Assembly (NCBI GenBank): GCA_049964835.1
Contig: JBMFWW010000001.1
Coordinates: 1-64,000, forward strand
DNA length: 64,000 bases
Direction of reading: 5' to 3'
Source: Candidatus Micrarchaeia archaeon
GTDB taxonomy: Archaea > Micrarchaeota > Micrarchaeia > Micrarchaeales > CABMGC01
How positions within the stretch are numbered: the first letter of the stretch is position 1; each line of letters starts with the position of its first letter. Shown here one piece after another: positions 60,547 to 64,000 of the stretch. Position numbers and translations under genes: made by a program. The notes beneath the pieces were generated by a model. The model made no database searches and was not told where the DNA came from. It worked only from the letters and a program-made list of their open reading frames with translations.

Positions 60547-61998
60547 TTGGATAGTAAAAAAGTAGAAGATGAAAAGGGTATAACCGTCAAGAAAAGCGAA
60601 AATCTTTCAGAGTGGTACACTCAAATAGTAATCAAGGCAGAGTTAGCCGACTACGGTCCTGTTCAAGGTACAGTTGCCATAATGCCTTATGCATATGCAA
60701 TTTGGGAAAAGATACAATCTGAGTTCAATAAAATGATAAAGAGTACTAATCATGTAAATGCTTACTTTCCATTATTCATTCCAGAAAGCTTCTTTTTAAA
60801 AGAATCGGAGCATATGAAGGGCTTTGCTCCAGAACTATTTTGGGTAACAAAAAGCGGTGACAGAGAGCTTGGAGAGAGAGTGGCGGTAAGGCCTACTTCC
60901 GAAACTATAATATATCATTTTATGTCAAAATGGATTAGAAGCTGGAGAGACCTTCCAATGCTATTAAATCAATGGTGTAATGTTGCTAGGGCAGAAATAA
61001 AAGCTACAAGACCCTTCTTGAGATCTAGCGAGTTTCTCTGGCAAGAAGGTCATACTGCTCACGTTACAAAAGAAGAAGCAGAAAAAGAAGTCTTTCTTAT
61101 ATTAAACTTTTATAAGGAGCTTGCTGAGAAGTATCTAGCCATACCCTCAATAATAGGTAAAAAATCAGAATCAGAAAAGTTTGCAGGAGCAATATATACA
61201 ACAACAATAGAGGCAATAATGCCAGATGGCAAAGCGCTTCAATCAGGTACCTCTCATTATTTAGGCGAGAATTTTGCAAAGCACTTCGGCGTAAGCTATT
61301 CTGATAAAGATGGAAATACCAAATCAGTACATACAACTTCTTGGGGAATATCTACAAGATTACTAGGTGCAATAATAATGCTAAACAGCGATGATAAAGG
61401 TTTAATTTTGCCTCCAAAAATAGCACCTATACAAGTAGTTATAGTACCAATCTTATTTTCTGAAGAGGATAATGCTTTAATATTAAAGCAAAGCGAAGAA
61501 ATAGAAAAAACATTTTCAAAAAAAGATATATCTATAAAAATAGATAATAGGGAGGGTAGAACACCTGGCTACAAATTTAATTATTGGGAATTAAAAGGTG
61601 TTCCAATAAGAATAGAGATAGGTCCTAAAGATATTAAAGAGAACAGCGTTGTAATAGTTAGGAGAGATACCGGTGAGAAACTTAAGGTAAAGACAGAAGA
61701 CGTATTAAAAACATGCAAGAAACTTTTAAATGAAATACAAAAAAATATCCTTAAAAGAAACAAGGAAGTAATGTCAAAATTAATCTTTACTGCAAATACT
61801 TATGATGAGTTCAAGGAAAAGGTTGCAAAAGGTTTTGTAAAGGTTTCATGGTGCGGAAGTTCGGGATGTGAAGAAAAAATAAAAGAAGAGACAACAGCTA
61901 CAACAAGAGCAATTCCATTCAACGAAAACAAAAAGGGTAAATGCATATACTGCCAAAAAGAAACAGAGATACTCGTTTACTTTGCAAGATCATACTAA
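60547..61998 (+). CDS. proS: Proline--tRNA ligase (archaeal/eukaryotic type)
   Basis: RPTSET, EFLWQEGHT, QSGTSH.LG, SWGISTR, C-terminal zinc domain ending ARSY. Confidence 0.97.
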   Translation: MDSKKVEDEKGITVKKSENLSEWYTQIVIKAELADYGPVQGTVAIMPYAYAIWEKIQSEFNKMIKSTNHVNAYFPLFIPESFFLKESEHMKGFAPELFWVTKSGDRELGERVAVRPTSETIIYHFMSKWIRSWRDLPMLLNQWCNVARAEIKATRPFLRSSEFLWQEGHTAHVTKEEAEKEVFLILNFYKELAEKYLAIPSIIGKKSESEKFAGAIYTTTIEAIMPDGKALQSGTSHYLGENFAKHFGVSYSDKDGNTKSVHTTSWGISTRLLGAIIMLNSDDKGLILPPKIAPIQVVIVPILFSEEDNALILKQSEEIEKTFSKKDISIKIDNREGRTPGYKFNYWELKGVPIRIEIGPKDIKENSVVIVRRDTGEKLKVKTEDVLKTCKKLLNEIQKNILKRNKEVMSKLIFTANTYDEFKEKVAKGFVKVSWCGSSGCEEKIKEETTATTRAIPFNENKKGKCIYCQKETEILVYFARSY

Positions 61999-62044
61999 TG
62001 TCAAGATTTAAATATTATACAAAATAAATATATCCTTAATTTAT

Positions 62045-62117
62045 AGCCCCTTCGTCTAGTGGCCAAGGACAGTGGGCTTTGGACCCACGAACATCGGTTC
62101 GAATCCGATAGGGGCTA
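62045..62117 (+). tRNA. tRNA-Gln(UUG)
   Basis: AGCCCCT/AGGGGCT with A73 (archaeal A1-U72); GTGGG-CTTTGGA-CCCAC. Confidence 0.94.
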
Positions 62118-62137
62118 CATTTAATTTTTCATCTTTT

Positions 62138-62375
62138 GGTACTGTCTCTAAATACGAAGACAAAAGACAGAGGATTTATTAAAAGATATAAATACAAAAG
62201 ATGTAGTAAGACATTTTGTAAAGATGATGGCTTCAGATGAAAACATTATTCGAAGGAAAAGATCGTAGAAGCCATTGAGTTTTATGTTGGTGGAGGAAAC
62301 TCATTGAGGTTTCTTTCAGAGAACCTCGAATTATCGAAAAATACTATTCTCAGATGGATTTTTGAGTATGTGGAA
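62138..62375 (+). mobile_element. IS6-like remnant (IR plus zinc-ribbon/HTH fragment, internally deleted)
   Basis: IR GGTACTGTCTCTAAATACG. Translation KTKDRGFIKRYKYKRCSKTF...*...IVEAIEFY..G.SLR.LSE...SKNTILRWI. Confidence 0.65.
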
Positions 62376-62379
62376 TTCC

Positions 62380-62980
62380 TACCATTAAAATTAGTTGCAC
62401 AGGATAGTACTAATATTCCTACATATTCCTAGAAAGATAAAACTGCAAGAAGAGGGATAAGAACAATATCAAAAAGCCGTCAACAAACAAATGAACATGT
62501 CGAATTTTTTATCGGATTTAAAGTTCATATAATCATTGAATTAGAATATGAAGTTTCATTAACTGTTTCGATAGAACCAAGAAATATTTATGATAAAAAA
62601 TTATTCCAAAAACTCTTTAGATTAACACGTGATACATTTGGCTTCAAGTATGGTGCAAAGTACATTGATGATTCTGCTTTTGATTCTACAGAGATAAAGG
62701 AAGAATTAAGAGGTAATCTCATAATTCCCGTAATTGCAAGAAATTGTAGAAGAGTTAGAACACCAGAGATTTCAAAGGATTGTAATTACAGAAAACGATG
62801 GGCAATAGAAAGGATTTTTTCAAGATTAAAAGGAGTTTTTGGTCTTTCAAAAATAGATTTGTTGGAATAAATAAGATCGCAATTCATGTATATTTTGCCT
62901 TATTGCATACTTCATGAAATACGTGATGTAATGTGTTTGTATTTGACGAGGTGAATTAATATAAATGTCAAGTCCCTAAT
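62380..62980 (+). pseudogene. IS5/IS4-superfamily DDE transposase remnant with probable right end
   Basis: VAQDST...(TAG)...GFKVH...D...DSAFDS...PVI..N.R...YRKRWAIERIFSRLK. Internal stop and 3' frameshift; ends near TGTCAAGTCCC. Confidence 0.8.
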
Positions 62981-63027
62981 CTTTTAAAAAACTCATATTT
63001 TTATACTTTATCTTTTCAATTAGTATT

Positions 63028-64000
63028 ATGAAAGGTCAATCCGCATTAGAGTATTTGATAAGTTACTCTTGGGCAATAATACTAATTGTAGTAGTTGTTC
63101 TTGTATATTATTTATTAACATCAGGCTCTTCTTCTGGTACTTACAGCCCATCATATTGTTATATCTCTAGCGGTTTTCCATGTTATCAACTCGTAATAAG
63201 TACAAACTCCTTAGGTTCTTCAGCAATTATAATATTTACAAACGAAATAGGCAAACCAATATACTTCACTTCAAACCCCTCATTTTTTATAAAGTTTAAT
63301 CCTACTTCCGGATATGGCTCTGGATTTTGTGTGCCATCAAATGTTCTAGTAGGTACAAAAATAACCTGTGTTGCATTTCTTTCTAACTACTTTCCACAAA
63401 CAGGTTCACAGTTAGAACCACAGTTTTATTTTGATTATAATGAATGTGTAAGTAACAACTGTAATCAAAAAGCCTCACTAATTAAATTATCTACTCAAGG
63501 TTCCTCAGTAAGTTATGCATATCCTACAAATGTACTACTTCAAGAAGGTGTAATAAGTATACCCCCCGGGGGTATACCTCAAATAATTATTCCGGGAGGC
63601 CCATCTTCTCCTACTCCAACAATTTCTACAAGTACTTCAACCTCAACGAGTACTTCAACCTCAATGAGTACTTCAACTTCAACAAGTACATCAACTTCAA
63701 GCACATCAACAAGTACCCTAACTTCATCCTCAAGTACCCTAACTTCATCCTCAAGTACCTCAACAAGTACTTCCTCAGTAATTACTGTTATAATAACTCC
63801 TAGTCCTACTACTCAAATACCAACAAATTACTGGGTAGGTGCAGGAGCTTTAGCAGATCCCTCTCAAGATGCCGGAACCGGAACAAATTTTCTTAATTAT
63901 GCACCACAGGGTGGCGGTTTCAACGCTCAATATTCAAAAGATGTTGCTTCTTGTGTGACTATAGGCCCTGCTTCCCCATCAGAAATGAATCCTTTTATTG
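63028..64000 (+). CDS. Class III signal-peptide (archaeal pilin-like) protein, truncated by window end
   Basis: MKG|QSALEYLISYSWAIILIVVVVLV; Cys-containing pilin-like domain; S/T linker; frame open to 64000. Absent from the ORF track. Confidence 0.88.
   Translation, partial: MKGQSALEYLISYSWAIILIVVVVLVYYLLTSGSSSGTYSPSYCYISSGFPCYQLVISTNSLGSSAIIIFTNEIGKPIYFTSNPSFFIKFNPTSGYGSGFCVPSNVLVGTKITCVAFLSNYFPQTGSQLEPQFYFDYNECVSNNCNQKASLIKLSTQGSSVSYAYPTNVLLQEGVISIPPGGIPQIIIPGGPSSPTPTISTSTSTSTSTSTSMSTSTSTSTSTSSTSTSTLTSSSSTLTSSSSTSTSTSSVITVIITPSPTTQIPTNYWVGAGALADPSQDAGTGTNFLNYAPQGGGFNAQYSKDVASCVTIGPASPSEMNPFI
63628..63753 (+). repeat. Coding tandem repeats (4x18 bp, then 2x21 bp)
   Basis: Four ~ACAAGTACTTCAACCTCA units (63628-63699) and two AGTACCCTAACTTCATCCTCA units (63712-63753). 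Confidence 0.85.

Noticed and set aside
1447..61763. Numerous short antisense or alternate-frame ORFs in the ORF track (e.g. 2204, 8899, 17601, 22915, 29637, 32900, 47230, 53079)
   Set aside because: They are shadows of well-supported genes and have no motifs or independent start signals.
63628..63753. Tandem repeats (also ~57140-57260) as a CRISPR array
   Set aside because: No unique spacers, unit lengths are multiples of three encoding S/T linkers, and no cas genes are present.

Overview
This is a low-GC, densely packed archaeal chromosome segment. Gene content (eS8, HMf-type histone, GGGP synthase, aIF5B, archaeal ProRS, BHB-intron tRNAs, class III signal-peptide protein, DUF929-VKOR) suggests a DPANN archaeon, probably Micrarchaeota; this assignment is inference. 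It holds about 50 CDS: housekeeping genes (ftsZ, rad50, truD, rnz, infB, ndk, proS, xpd, hef-like helicase), a regulator-sufB-sufD-sufC-sufS operon, oxidative-stress genes and several large Asn/Ser/Thr/Cys-rich surface proteins. There are six tRNAs (Ser-UGA, Val-GAC, Thr-CGU, Phe-GAA, Trp-CCA, Gln-UUG), four of them with 37/38 introns. There are also decayed IS200/IS605, IS6-like and IS5-like remnants (mostly just downstream of tRNAs) and a pyrH pseudogene. No CRISPR array or rRNA was seen. The main leads are: (1) the tRNA-Ser(UGA) intron carries a box D'/C' K-loop and a guide whose D+5 base lands on its own wobble U34, paralleling the tRNA-Trp intron guide also present here; (2) a Cys-tailed ThiR-like HTH regulator heads the suf operon, and a TATAAC-N3-GTTATA palindrome in its promoter recurs beside a tailed histone gene; (3) two intact genes seem to start at ATA, amid frequent TTG starts.
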